A stretch of 64,000 nt of DNA, from contig NC_086097.1 of assembly GCF_963921235.1 (NCBI RefSeq), positions 26,538,001 through 26,602,000 on the forward strand. Reading direction: 5' to 3'. Below, piece by piece: positions 37,032 to 50,272 of the stretch. A model generated the notes under the pieces. That model did not search any database. It saw nothing but the letters and a program-made list of their open reading frames with translations, and was not told where the DNA came from. The stretch comes from Mobula hypostoma. Lineage: Eukaryota. Position numbers and translations under genes: made by a program. Numbering within the stretch: position 1 is the first letter of the stretch; each line of letters opens with the position of its first letter.

Positions 37032-39695
37032 ACATAGAACATAGAAACCTACAGCACACTACAGGCCCTTCAGCGCACAATGTTGTGCCGACCACGTAAC
37101 CTACTCTAGAAACTGCCTAGAATTTCCCTACTGCATAGCCATCCTCTTTTCTAAGCTCCATGTACCTATCTAAGAAGCTCTTAAAAGACCCTGTTGTATC
37201 TGCTTCCACCACTGTCGCAGGCAGCGCATTCCATGCATCACCACTCTCTGTGTGGAAAAACTTACCCCTGACAAACCTTCGGTACCTATTTCTAAGCACC
37301 TTAAAACTATGTCCCCTTGTATTAGCTATTTCAGCCCTGGGAAAAAGCCTCTGAGTATCCACACAATCAATGCCCCTCATCATCTTATACACCTCTATCA
37401 GGTCACCTCTCATCCTCAGTCGCTCCAAGGCGAAAAGGCCAAGTTCACTCAACCTATTCTCATAAGGTACATCCTCCATTCCAGGAAACATCCTTGTAAA
37501 TCTCCTCTGCACTCTCTCTACAGTACCTGCATCCTTCCTGTAGTGATGTGACCAGAACTGAATGCAGTACTCCAAGTGGGGTCTGACTAAGGTCTTATAT
37601 AGCTGTAACATTACCTCACGACTCTTGAACTCAATCCCACGGTTGATGAATGCCAACACATCATACGTCTTCTTAACAACACTGTCAACTTGCGCAGCAG
37701 CTTTGAGTGTCCTATGGACATGGACCCCAAGATATCTCAGATCCTTCACACTGCCAAGAGTCTTACCATTAATATTATATTCTGCCTTCAAATTTGACCT
37801 ACCAAAAGTCCATCTATCGATGTCCCACTGTAACCTCTGACAACCCTCCAGACTATCCACAACACCCCCAACTTTTGTGTCATCAGCAAACTTACTAACC
37901 CACCCTACTTCTTCATCCAGGTCATTTATAAAAATCACAAAGAGGAGGGGTCCAAGAACAGATCCCTGTGGAACACCACTGGTCACCGACCTCCACGCAG
38001 AATACAAACCATCTACAACCATCCTTCGCCTTCTGTGGGCAAACCAATTCTGGATCCACAAAGCAAGGTCTCCTTGGATCCCATGCCACCTCACTTTCTG
38101 AAGGAGCTTTGCATGGGGAACCTTATCAAATAACTTACTGAAATCCATATATACTACATCCACTGCTCTACCTTCGTCAATGTGTTTTGTTACATCCCCA
38201 AGGAATTCAATCAGGCTCATAAGGCACGACCTGCCCTTGACAAAGCCTTGCTGACTATCCCTAATCAGATTATGTCTCTCCAAATGCTCATAAATTCTGC
38301 CTCTCAGGATCTTCTCCAACAACTTGCCCACCACTGAAGTCAGACCCACTGGTCTATAATTTCCTGGATTATCTCTACTCTCTTTCTTGAACAAGGGAAC
38401 AACATTTGCAACCTTCCAATCCCCCGGTACTTGTCCCATCTCTATTGATGAAATAAAGATCATCACAAGAGGCTCAGTAATCTCCTCCCTCACTTCCCAC
38501 AATAGCCTGGGGTATATCTCATCCAGTCCTGGTGTCTTGTCTAGCTTAACGCTTTTCAAAAACTCCGGCACATCCTCTTTCTTAATGCCTATATGCTCAA
38601 GCATTTCAGTCTGCTGTAAGTCATCTTGACAACTGCCAAGATCTTTTTCCCTGATGAATACTGAAGCAAAGTCTTTATTAAGTACCTTCTCTACCTCCTC
38701 TGACTCCTTGTACATTTCCACTATCACACCTGATGGTCCTATTCTGACACGACTCATCCTCTTGCTCTTCACATACTTGCAGAATGGGGTTTTCCTTAAT
38801 CCTGCTCACCAAGGCCTTCTCATGGCCCCTTCTGGCTCTCCTAATTTCTTTCTTGAGCTCCTTCCTAGCAAGCTTGTAATTTTCTAGAGCTCTAACAGTA
38901 ACTAGTTTCTTGAACCTTTGCCACATTTCTGCCGTGCATTTCCCTGAGAACATCTGCTCCCAATTTATGCTCCCAAGTTCCTGCCTAATAGCATCATATT
39001 TCCCCCTACCCCAATTAATTGTTTTCCCAAATTGTCTGCTCCTATCCCTCTCCAGCGCTATGGTGAAGGAGATAGAGTTGTGGTCACTACCTCCAAAATG
39101 TTCTCCCACTGAGAGATCTGATGCCTGACCAGGTTCATTTCCCAATACCAGATCAAGTACACCCTCGCCTCTAGTTGGCTATCCACATATTGCGTCAGGG
39201 AACCTTCTTGAACACACCTAACAAACTCCACCCCATCAAAACCCCTTGTGCTAAGGAGATGCCAATCAATATTCAGAAAGTTAAAATCTGTCATCATAAC
39301 AACCCTATTATTATTGCACCGTTCCAGAATCTGCTCCCCATCTACTCTTCGATACCCCTGTTACTATTGGGGGGCCTATTAAAAAGCACCCAGTAGAGTT
39401 TTTGCCCCTTTCCTGTTTCTGACTTCCACCAAAAATGACTCAGTAGATTATTCCTTCATGACTTTCTTCTTATCTGCAGCCGTGACACTATCCCTAATCA
39501 GCAATCCCACGCCTCACCTCTTTGAAGCATCTAAAGCCTGGCACATTCAGCAGCCATTCCTGCTCGTGAGACAACCAAGTCTCTGTAATGGCCACAACGT
39601 CACAGTTCCATGTGTTGATCCACGCTCTAAGTTCATCCGCCTTGTTTATGATATTTCTTGCATTAAAATAGACACATCTCAAACCATGAGGCTGA
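37032..39695 (-). mobile_element. CR1 LINE ORF2 (APE plus RT), internally deleted and degraded
   Basis: [67 protein letters not shown] tail. Confidence 0.96.
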
Positions 39696-39814
39696 GTGCA
39701 TCTGCCTATCCTCCCTCACAAACTCTCTACAAGCTGTCTCTGTCTCTGTTTGTGCTCCAACCTCCCCATTCTCTGTCTCTTCACTTTGGTTCCCACTCCC
39801 CAACAGCATTAACA

Positions 39815-40282
39815 TTTGAGGTAGCTGGCACTTATTAAATAATTCTTATTGGTTGCATCACTATCTGGTATGGAAGGGTAGAGATAGCTGCAGAGAGTTG
39901 CAAACTTAGCCACGTCAGTTTCCCCTAGCATCGAGGACACTTTCAAAAGGCGGTGCCTCAAAAAGGTGGCATCAATCATTAAGGACCCTCTTCTCATTAC
40001 TACCATCAGGGAAAATGTACAGGAACCTGAAAAAGACACATTCAACATTTTAGGAACAGCTTCTTCCCCTCCACCATCAGAATTCGGAATGGACAATGAA
40101 TCCAAAAAGAATACCTCACTATTTTAACATTTTGTATGTGTTACTCACTAATTTTGCACTACTTGCTTATTATATATATATAATAATTTAAAATATATTT
40201 TACATATTGCAGTGTACTGCTGCTGCAAAGTAACACATTTCATGACATACATATGTCAGTGATAATAAACCTGATTCTGAAT
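39815..40282 (+). mobile_element. Rex/Babar-derived 3' fragment
   Basis: TGCATCACTATCTGGTATGG..AACAGCTTCTTCCCCTCCACCATCAG..GATAATAAACCTGATTCTGA. Confidence 0.8.
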
Positions 40283-40339
40283 CAAGGATTGACCCAGGTC
40301 AAATTCAACATGGAAAACAATGGTTCCCTTAAGGCTAGA

Positions 40340-41503
40340 GAAACATAGAACATAGAACATAGAACATAGAATAATACAGCACAGTACAGGCCCTTCAGCC
40401 CACAATGTTGTGCTGACCCTCAAACCCTGCCTCCCATATAACCCCCCCCCCCACCTTATATTCCTCCATATACTTGTCTAGCAGTCTCTTAAACTTCACT
40501 AGTGTATCTGCCTCCACCACTGACTCAGGCAGTGCATTCCACGCACCAACCACTCTCTGAGTAAAAAACCTTCCTCTAATATCCCCCTTGAACTTCCCAC
40601 CCCTTACCTCAAAGCCATGTCCTCTTGTATTGAGCAGCGGTGCCCTGGGGAAGACGCGCTGGTTATCCACTCTATCTATTCCTCTTATTATCTTGTACAC
40701 CTCTATCATGTCTCCTCTCATCCTCCTTCTCTCCAAAGAGTAAAGCCCTAGCTCCATTAATCTCTGATCATAATGCATACTCTCTAAACCAGGCAGCATC
40801 CTGGTAAATCTCCTCTATACCCTTTCCAATGCTTCCATATCCTTCCCATAGTGAGGTGCCCAGAACTGGATGCAGTACTCCAAATGTGGCCTAACCAGAG
40901 TTTTATAGAGCTGCATCATTACATCGCGACTCTTAAACTCTATCCCTCGACTTATGAAAGCTAACACCCCATAAGGTTTCTTAATTACTCTATCCACCTG
41001 TGAAGCAACTTTCAGGGATCTGTGGACATGTACCCCAAGATCCCTCTGCTCCTCCACACTACCAAGTATCCTGCCACTTACTTTGTACTCTGCCTTGAAG
41101 TTTGTCCTTCCAAAGTGTACCACCTCACACTTCTCCGGGTTGAACTCCATCTGCCGCTTCTCAGCCCACTTCTACATCCTATCAATGTATCTCTGCAATC
41201 TTCAACAATCCTCTACACTATCTACAACACCACTAACCTTTGTGTCATCTGCAAACTTGCCAACCCACCCTTCTAGCCCCACATCCAGGTCATTAGTAAA
41301 AATCACGAAAAGTAGAGGTCCCAGAACAGATCCTCGTGGGACACCACTAGTCACAATCCTCCAATCTGAATGTACTCCCTCCACCACCACCCTCTGCCTT
41401 CTGCAGGCAAGCCAATTCTGAATCCACCTGGCCAAACTTCCCTGGATCCCATGCCTTCTGACTTTCTGAAGAAGCCTACCATGTGGAACCTTGTCAAATG
41501 CCT
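40340..41503 (-). mobile_element. CR1 LINE, 5'-truncated (RT to 3' UTR)
   Basis: [44 protein letters not shown]; (ATAGAAC)n tail. Confidence 0.95.
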
Positions 41504-42104
41504 CTACCGAAGGAGTTACATTTGTAATACAAGATAAACAAAACAAACAGGAATACAAATTAATATCATGAAGTTTTAATTAATTATACAAGGACATGGG
41601 AAGAAACCTGAAAGGGTGCTTACTTTTTTTCTCACTGATTCTGCATGTGATTAGAAGAACTGAATAGAGGTTTAGTGAACTGAGATGTGATCTCAGAGTT
41701 TATATCAGAACATCTTTATTGAGATGATAAGGCTGACAGTAAAGTGTTTTTTTTAATTTAACCATATAATACCCTAAACTGATATTCTAACACATACATA
41801 TCCAAACATAAAAGCTAAAATTTACTAACAGCCTGGTTTCTGTTCACAGTTAAATCACAAACGGTGAATGTTTCTTTATAAAATCCAGTGAATTATAACT
41901 GAGTTTCTATAACGCTGATGGGTACATTCTGCATGAAATCATTTTTAAATCCTTACCAATCCCAGAGGCTCAATGACAGCCTGTTTCTGATTCTACCAGC
42001 CTTTCATCATGGAATTTAAACTTTCGTAAACCAAACATTCCTTTACCAAGTACACTTATTGAGCAGGGGTTATTTAATCATCTCTTCTTATCTGTTTCTC
42101 TGAA

Positions 42105-42320
42105 TAAATGCTAGAAGAACTCAGCAGATTAGGAAGTAGCTATGGAGGGAGGAAAACAGTCAATGTTTCGGGTCCAGATCCTTCATCGGCACTGGAAAGG
42201 TAGGGGAAGAAGGTGTGGGAGAGGAATGAGTACAAGCTGGCAGTTTATAGGTGAAACCAGGTGAAGGGAAAGGTGGGCTGGTGGAGGAATGGGGATGAAG
42301 TAAGAAGCCGAGAGGTAATT
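42105..42320 (-). mobile_element. Penelope-like tail remnant
   Basis: AAATGCTAGAAGAACTCAGCAG..CAGTCAATGTTTCGGG..CCTTCATC. Confidence 0.7.
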
Positions 42321-43164
42321 AAACAGGGTCCGAGCGATACTGCACCTGCAGTGACATGTTCAGGTCTGCAGTCCCTACCCAAGTAAAGATATAACAATAA
42401 ATGAAGTGCAATATAGGTTTATCAGATTGAACAGGAGAGGTGCGGATGGGGAAGGGATTAGATGTCCAACAATAAGGGACTAAACACATTGGGCTTATAC
42501 ACTGCATATTGCACGTTGCATATGCCCAATGGCTGTTTGCCAGTCTTTACTTATTTTTTGTAGATTCTACTACATTTCTTTATTTTTCTTGTAAATGATT
42601 CTCAAGGTACATGGTAACATATATGCCCTTTGATAATGAATTTACTTGAGAATTTACCTCACAGAAACATACAAAATTCTCACAGAGTTTGACATGTTAG
42701 ATGCTAACAAAAATGTGTCTAATGGTTTAGGTGTTTAGTACTGAGGTTATAGTCTCAAATTAAGCAGATACCCATTCAACACTTTGATGAGAAAAGAAAA
42801 AAAATCTTCATTGAGGGTAGTGAATCTTTGGAATTTTCACCAGAGGCTCAGCCCCTGGGTATATCATGTCAACAACCAACAGCTGTTGGGATACTGAAGG
42901 AATCAAGAGAAATACGATCAGTGAAGGGAAGTTGCACTGACATAATAGTACAGCAGACGATAATTCCACATCGATTTCTTATGTTCATCCTCCAGTAGGA
43001 GATTCCAAATAAAGGTTCTGGGAAAAAAAACTGAGTTTACATAATTAGCTTACTTGATATGCTGCACATCACCTCTCAAAGCTGGGGTAAGTGTGAGGCT
43101 AGTTAAGAATGAGACTAGGGAATTAACCAAGAGCAACAAATAAATGAGAGACAAGCCTCCCCAC

Positions 43165-43495
43165 CATTGAGGATAGATTCAAAAAGTGATGTCTCAAGAA
43201 CGCTAAATCCATCATCAAGGACCCTCACTATCCAGGACATGGCCTCTTCTCATAAGAAGAGATACAGGAGGCTAAAGACACGCACTCAATGTTTTAGAAA
43301 CAGCTTCTTCCCCTCTGCCATCAGAATTCTGAACAGTTCATGAACCCATGAACACTACCTCACTATTTTGCTGTTTTTACTCTTTTTAAAAATATATTCT
43401 TATTGTAACTTATGGTAATTTTTAATGTACTGTTGCTGCAAAACAACAAATTTCACAGCAGATTTACTGTCAGTGATAATAAATCTGATTCTGAA
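43165..43495 (+). mobile_element. Rex/Babar-derived 3' fragment
   Basis: CCATCATCAAGGACCCTCAC..AACAGCTTCTTCCCCTCTGCCATCAG..tail. Confidence 0.78.
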
Positions 43496-43884
43496 TGGCA
43501 GATTATCCAACCGATCCAATTAATCTTTTACCTAGCTTACCGATCAAAAATCATTCTACCTCCATCCTTAAAATATTTTGCTTCCACTGCCTTCAGAGTT
43601 AAGAGCTCCAAAGACCCATGACTTGAAAGAGAAAAAAAATCTCACCTCGCCTTTTCCTTCAATGGACAGCCCTGATATTTATTCAGCGTCTCCCTGTTCT
43701 GAATTCACCATGAAAGACCTAAAGGCCACAAGACACAGAAGCAGAATTTGACCATTTGCCCATTGCGTCTTCACCGCCATTCCAGCATTGCTGATTTATT
43801 ATCCCTCTCAACCCTTACTAATCAAGAACCTATCAAACTCTGCTTTAAATATACCCAATGACTTGGTCTCCACAGCCATCTTTG

Positions 43885-44212
43885 GTTATTTCTTCGGCAG
43901 TTTGAACAGGGCACGACTACACAAGCGCGTGGAGGTTGGCCAGTGAGAACAGCGGGAACAGTTTAAAAGGAAGACAGATTTACAGAGTGGGCGTCGGAGT
44001 GGTGGGAGACAGAGTAGGAAGGCTTTGGCTCAACGGGGCTTCAGCGATAAAGAGTCGAGGCCAGGTAGGTTATCTGTTTAAACTAAAGACAGAGAGGCCA
44101 GTTTTTTGTGCTCAGTGTCAGTTGTGGGAAGTCCTAAAAACTCCCAGCCTCCCGGTCGACCACATCTGCACCAGGTACGTCAAGCTGCAGCTCCTTAGAA
44201 ACCGCGTTAGGG
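43885..44212 (+). mobile_element. CR1 5' UTR/ORF1 N-terminal fragment (Cys/His finger)
   Basis: VFCAQCQLWEV..LPVDHICTRYVKLQLLRNRVRE; CpG-rich 5' part. Confidence 0.6.
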
Positions 44213-44970
44213 AATGCCAATGAAATGCAGTTAGCATCTGACCAGAAATGCAAAGAATAATGTTATTTACAAAACAACTGTGAATTAAAAAGTAAATGCT
44301 ACAGCACACAAATATAAAAGTACTGAGACCGTACAATATGGGTGCAATACTGCTTAGCGCTGTGATTGTGAGATTCAGCAGGGTCACGGCCTCAGGGAAG
44401 AAGCTCTTCCTGTGCCTGCTGGTGTGAAAGCAGAGGCTCCTGTAGCGCCTACTGGATGGGAGGAAAGTAAAAAGTCCATGCTTAGGGTGAGATGCATCTT
44501 TGATAATGCTTTTCACCCTGCCCAGGCAGCGTTTATGGTAGATGTTCTCAATGGTGGGCAATTGGGTGCCGATAATCCGCTGGGCAGTTTTCACCACCTG
44601 CTGGAGTGCTTTGTGGTCCGATACAGAACAATTGCCATACCACACTGAGATGCAGTTGGTGAGTACGCTCTCAGTGGTACAGCGGTAAAAGTTCGTCAGT
44701 ATCCTGGGACAGAGATGAGCTTTCTTGATGCTCCACAGGAAATACAGGCGCTGTTGTGCCTTTTTGATCAGGATGGAGGAGTTCAGGGACCAGGTGAGAT
44801 CCTCGGAAACGTGGACACCAAGGAATTTGAAGCTTGATACACGCTCCACTACAGCTCTGTTGATGTAGATGGGGACGCGAATGTGGCTCTTAGCGCTCCT
44901 GAAGTCCACAATGATCTCCTTGGTCTTCTGGGTGTTAAGAGCCAGGTTGTTGTTGGCACACCATGCGGCC
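44212..44970 (-). mobile_element. Rex1/Babar LINE RT C-terminal region plus 3' UTR
   Basis: WCANNNLALNTQKTKEIIVDFR..FKFLGVHVSEDLTWS..KKAQQRLYFL..FYRCTTESVLT..SFFPEAVTLLN. Confidence 0.92.
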
Positions 44971-46105
44971 AGCAGAAATAGGCCCTTTGACCCACCCAGT
45001 CCGTGCTGAACTGTTATTCTGCCTAGTCCCATTGACCTGCACCTGGATCATAGCCCTCCATACCTCTCCAATCCATGTACCTATCCAAATTTCTCTTAAA
45101 TGTTGAAATTGAACCCATATCTATTACGTCTGCTGGCAGCTAGTTCCACATTCACACCATCCTGAAGACGTTTCTCCTCGTTCCTGTTAAAAATTTCACC
45201 TTTCACACAACGTCACCGGAAAAAGCCAGCTTGGATTAACCCTATGTATAACCCTCAAAATTTCGTATTTTTGTAGTTGAATGTCATCGAGTCCTTGTTG
45301 ACTTTTGGCGACCCCATGAATAGTTGCCCCAAGTGAATTTCTATCTTCGCAAAGGCAGCTCATTGTGATAACATTACATTCATAGCTATCCTTATTGTGT
45401 CCATCCATCTGATTGGCTGCCTTACTCTCTTCCATTGTCCTTCCACCTTGCCAAGCATGATATCCTTTTCCAGGGAGAGCTGTTTCTTCACACGATGTGC
45501 CCAAAGTACAATAGGTGGAGTCCTGTCATTTGAACTTGGTTTAATCTCGTTGAGGATCAGTTTGTTTGTTCTGTGAGAGGTTCACAAGATGTGCAGTATT
45601 TTTCTCCAGCACCACAGTTCAAAGGCTTTACCATCCAACTTTCATATCCATATGATGTCATTGAGACTATCACCTCCTGCACTAGTCGAATCTTTGTCTA
45701 TACAGATCGATTCCTGTTTCCAAGGATCTTCTCTAAATCCTTCATTGCTGCTCTGCCAAGGGCGATTCTTCATTGGATTTCTTGACTGCTTACAGCTTTG
45801 GTGTTAATTATTGATCCAACTAAGTTGAATCTGTCAACCACCTCTATCAAATCTCTCCTCATTCTCCTGCACTCCAGGGAATAAAGTCATAACCTATTCA
45901 ATCTTTTCCTTTTATTCAGGTTCTCAAGTTCCAGCGACATCCTTGTAAACAGTTTCTCTGTACTCTTTAAATATTATTGATATCTTTCCTGTAAAAGGGT
46001 GACCAGAACTGCACACAATACTCCAATTTAGGCCTCACCAACATCTTATCCAACTTCAACATAACATCCCATCACCTGTAGTCAATACTTCAACTTATGA
46101 AAGCC
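44970..46105 (-). mobile_element. CR1 3' fragment split by an RTE insertion
   Basis: CR1 sequence at 44970-45268 resumes at about 45840 (ACCTCTATCAAATCT..GACCAGAACTGCACACAATACTCC). Confidence 0.85.
45272..45843 (-). mobile_element. RTE-clade (BovB-like) LINE 3' fragment
   Basis: LLYFGHIV..DIMLGKVEG..RWMDTI..IHGVAKSQ remnants; EVVDRFN.LGSII upstream. Confidence 0.8.
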
Positions 46106-46364
46106 AAGATTATCATTTACAGAATAATGTAATCAAGCTAATTGAACATGCTTTTACAAAAGGAGAATTTCGTTTTGACTAATTTGCTAGAGTTTTTTCA
46201 AAGTGCAACAAGCAGAGTGGATAGGAACCTGTTGACTTAGCACATTGGTAAACATACTACCATAAAAGCTGCTGCACAAGATAAGAGCTCACAGAAAAGT
46301 GTATTAACATGGAATGAAGACTGGTTATCACTGAGAAAAAATGAGTAAGAATAAATGGGACCAG

Positions 46365-46620
46365 CACAGGGTTGTACAGTAGTGTAATACTTTACAGCGC
46401 CAGCAGTAAGATCAGGGTTCAATTCCTACCGCTGTGTATGAGTTTGTACTTTCTCCCCATGACCGTGTGTGTTTCCTCTGGGTGCTCCTGTTTCCTCCCA
46501 CATTCCAAAGATGTGGGTTAGGGTTAGTAACTTGAGGGCATGCTAATTTGGCAACATTTGCAGGCTGTTCCCAGTATATTCTTGGACTGTGTTGGTTGTT
46601 GACACAAAATGTAAATACGA
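46365..46620 (+). mobile_element. V-domain tRNA SINE
   Basis: GGGTTCAATTCC B-box; TCTCCCCATGACCGTGTGTGTTTCCTCTGGGTGCTCCTGTTTCCTCCCACATTCCAAAGA. Confidence 0.82.
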
Positions 46621-46949
46621 CACATAAAGCTGATCTCTCTCTTCGGGCTGGCAGGACGCCACTTGTGACCTGCCCAGAGGATTTGATTTCAGTCCTCTTT
46701 ACTGGCAGGTTGTAAAACAATGTATGGCACATCATATTTCAGTATGTCTAGCTGATCCTAGCACCCCATCCTTCTGGGTTCCTCAGTGAACCAGAATTGA
46801 TGGCTGGCTTAATAGTAATAGCCTTTTCTATCTGCCAGAGATACAGCAGATGTGGTAAGTAGGTAAGTTAATCACTGAAAAGAGATACAAATGGGCAACT
46901 ATCTTCTGATAAACAATTCATGATAGATGCATGATGATGGAGGCTTTCT

Positions 46950-47240
46950 TCAAGAGGTTGGGTGAGACTAGAACCAAAGGTCATAAGTGAAGGGTGAAAG
47001 ATTAACTATTTAAGGGGTATATGAGGGGGAACTTCTTCCCTCAGAGTATGAAACGAGGTGCCAACAGAAGTGATGGATGAGGGTTTGACTGCAACATTGA
47101 AGAGAAGCTTGGATAATTGCATTGATAGGAGGATATAAAAGATTTGTCCAAGTACAGGTGGATGGGACTAGGCAGAATAACAGTTCAGCATGGACCAGAT
47201 GGAACAAGGGCCTATTTCTGTCTTGAGTGTTCTATGACTC
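46950..47240 (+). mobile_element. CR1 3' end
   Basis: GGGTGAGACTAGAACC..GGTCAT..AACTTCTTC.CTCAGAG; CR1 UTR. Confidence 0.78.
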
Positions 47241-48509
47241 TCCAACATCCACAACAAGAAAACATTGGACTGAGGCACAATGGTGAGAGTTGGCTTTAAT
47301 GCTCTAGGTTTGTGAGGGAAATCTTGGGTTTGCACCTGACAGCTGAAAATCATGCATATACAGATTGTGCACACGGACAGGATAAAGAATTATTATGGTA
47401 TTGCTTTGTCTGTCTTTTTTGTCCTAAGGCACTGAAGAGCAACTAATGGTCCAGATGAAAGTCCTAAATTATGCGACTAAGTGACAACTAGTCCACCAAC
47501 ACCCAAATTAACATTGATTAACAGCCAATTGCGCAACTAAACAGGGAAGAACAATCCATCAGAAAAGGAATACATTGGCAATATGTTTTATAACTCCAAG
47601 ACATAAAAACTCATTGGAGGGAAAACAAGGGAGCTGGGAATGTGGGAAAACTTCGTTTTTACTTTAAGCAAGGTGTGCATGTACTATTACATATAACCAG
47701 TAATGAATTTTTTAAACAAAGAATGCTTAATCAAACACTATATTTACAATATTTCTCAAATATGACTGAAATATTAAATACACAGGAATTGGCAGAGAAA
47801 GAGAAAAATCCCTGACTCAAACTTGCTCTACGACTAGATGGGACAAGGCAAAAATAACCGTCTGGCACAAAAGGCCTGTTTCTTTGCTGCAGGGTTCTAT
47901 GTCTTTTATGTCTATCCTTCTGCCCATCTCCCTTCTTTTCCTTCCTTTCTCCCCCTCCCTCCCTTGAACAACTGTGCCAAAATAATTCCAAAGACATAGC
48001 AGAGAAGAACTTACTCACTAGTAATCGTACTAACTGCAGTTAAATACATGGAAACCAGTGGAGAATATCAGCCCCAGTTTACTGAAGACTTTTTAAACTT
48101 GTCACTTCAAAATAATAGTTTACTGAAATTAAACATTTTTCCAGTTAGGAAGCTCAAATTTATGTTGGCTGTTTCCTTTAGTTAGGTTACTTGGTACTTT
48201 GTTAAAATTAAGAGCAATCTCAAACCCATTGACATATTCAAGCAGACATCTGGAAAACTAATTATCAATCCAGATTGTTAGAAGAAACTGATTCTCCAAC
48301 CAAAAATGGGAATAATTTACTTCGTAAAAGCATTAGGTTTGATGGACTTACTGACATTCATTTGCTTCTAATATTTCATGTTTTCAAAACCTTTGTAAAT
48401 TTGACACAACAAGTTCAATTCATCCGTAACTCACAACTCTGGTTTTTGGTCCGACGATATCTAAATCTTAAGATTCTTTAAATTCTTCTATCTCTCTATC
48501 ACCCTACAA

Positions 48510-48725
48510 GATCATAACAGATATTCAGACCATCAAGTCTGCTCAACCAGTCAATCATAGATGAATTATTTTCCCTCTGAACCTTATTCTCCTGCCTTTG
48601 CCCTGTAACCTTTGACATCCTTATTAATCAGAACCAATCACCTCTGCTTTAATTATACCCAATGATTTGACCTCCACAGCCATCTGTGGCAATGAATTCC
48701 ACAGATTCAACACCCTCTGGCTAAA
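48510..48725 (-). mobile_element. CR1 3' end
   Basis: CCTCCACAGCCATCTGTGGCAATGAATTCCACAGATTCA.CACCCTCTGGCTAAA. Confidence 0.8.
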
Positions 48726-49125
48726 AAGTGGCTGGAATCTAGAATACCCTGAATATTATCACAAAAGTTAAGAGTAGCATTCCCCCAAATTTGATATTTT
48801 CAATTTCCATCACTCCACCACTGGTAGGCCGTAAACCCTCTCACCACCACCTCTCTTAAAATATCCCCATTTGGTTAAAATGTTAGCCACCTACCTTGAG
48901 AACTAGGTGTTGAACTTCACTCACCCCAAAACAGAACTGCTCCCACAACTGATGTACTCACTTTCAAGGACTCTTCATCTCATACTCTCGATAGTTATTT
49001 TATGTTTATATATTATTATTATTATTTTTTTTCTTTTTTGCATTTGCATAGTTTACTGTCTTTAGCACTTTTTTTTGTCTATCTTGTGTGTGATTTTTCA
49101 TTGATTCTATTGTTTCTCTGTGTTT

Positions 49126-49434
49126 CTCAGGTCAGGTCAGGGCCTTGCCTTGCTGCTGGTATCACGTAGCCCAGTACTACCTGTCTCGGGTCGGGTTGTC
49201 AGCGACTGAACCGGCACACCCCCTGGTGCACTTCGGTTATCCAGAGAGGAGGGTGTGTAGGTACCCAGCAGAACTAAAAACAAAACCTGTCAAAGGGCGG
49301 ATGAACTCTTTGTGAGTCAACGGCCACCTACTGTCTGGGTGAGGAGTGGCGCGCCACACAGTCTTTCCGTTTCGCGCCTTGTAAGGTATAGTGCCCGACG
49401 CCGGCCCCCTAGGCCTGAGTTGACGTCGTAGTAG
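49126..49434 (+). mobile_element. Young CpG-rich non-autonomous retroposon (probably RTE-mobilised) inserted into an older tail
   Basis: 9-bp TSD TCTGTGTTT (49117-49125, 49435-49443); ends in (GTA)n; host repeat resumes. Confidence 0.75.
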
Positions 49435-50149
49435 TCTGTGTTTACTGTGAATGCCCACAAGTATCTCAGGGTTGTACATGGTGACATACACAGACTTTGA
49501 TAATAAATTTATTCTGAACATTATTCAATATGAAAGTATTATGGGTCATATTGCCATGTGAAAAAGGTATATGCAGTATGTTTAAGTTACATATATCTGT
49601 CACAATCGATAGGTCAATGTATGAGGAACACTGATAGCTCTGGGCCTACACAAATAAAACAAATGAGATAAACCACAGCAACTGAAGTCTTCAACGTTCA
49701 CTGACAGGACTACCTAGGATGAAAGAGAAGTCACAACTTTCAGACTAAACCTGCAGTAATTCCGAGATTAAATGAAATTAGTTTCAAGCTGTTACTAATT
49801 CTTGATCTGAACAACAAACCCTCTTAATTAGCTCCAAATTTGAACAAAAATTAAGTAAGAAATTGGAGAGGTATAAACAGTAAACATTTCAGGCCAAGAC
49901 CCTTCAACAGGACTGATTCTGAGGGAGGTTATGATTCTAAGAAAGTTAAGTTGTTGTAATATTCCAATTCAGAATCAGGTTTATTTGATGGTATCCATCA
50001 AAGCTGCTTGTGTGAGTCACTTTTACTGATGGCGCCCCAGAAGTTGGGAAAATTATTAGAAACTCCACAATAGAACAGGCAAATTGGAAGCTAATAAACA
50101 AAGAAGCATTTGATTAAAAAGAGAACAGGACAAAAAAAAATGGTAAGAC

Positions 50150-50272
50150 CCTGACGAAGGGTCTCAGTCCAAAAAGTGGACTGTTTATTTCTGTTCCTGA
50201 CCTTCTGAGTTTCTCCCGCACTTTGTGTGGTTTACTTTGGATTTCCACCAGCTGCAGAATCTCTTGTGTTCA
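50150..50272 (+). mobile_element. Penelope-like tail beginning at hammerhead remnant
   Basis: CTGACGAAGGGTCTCAGTCCAAAA..GACTGTTTATTT..GCTGCAGAATCTCTTGTGTT. Confidence 0.75.

Noticed and set aside
40340..40372. (ATAGAAC)n short repeats as a CRISPR-like or regulatory array
   Set aside because: Standard CR1 3' microsatellite tail; no spacers.
44118..45032. 304-aa ORF as a host gene (DUF1891-like)
   Set aside because: Chance fusion of a CR1 UTR, a Rex/Babar RT C-terminus and antisense CR1 ORF1.
48434..48460. Possible minus-strand micro-exon ending in GTGAGT
   Set aside because: No polypyrimidine tract upstream.
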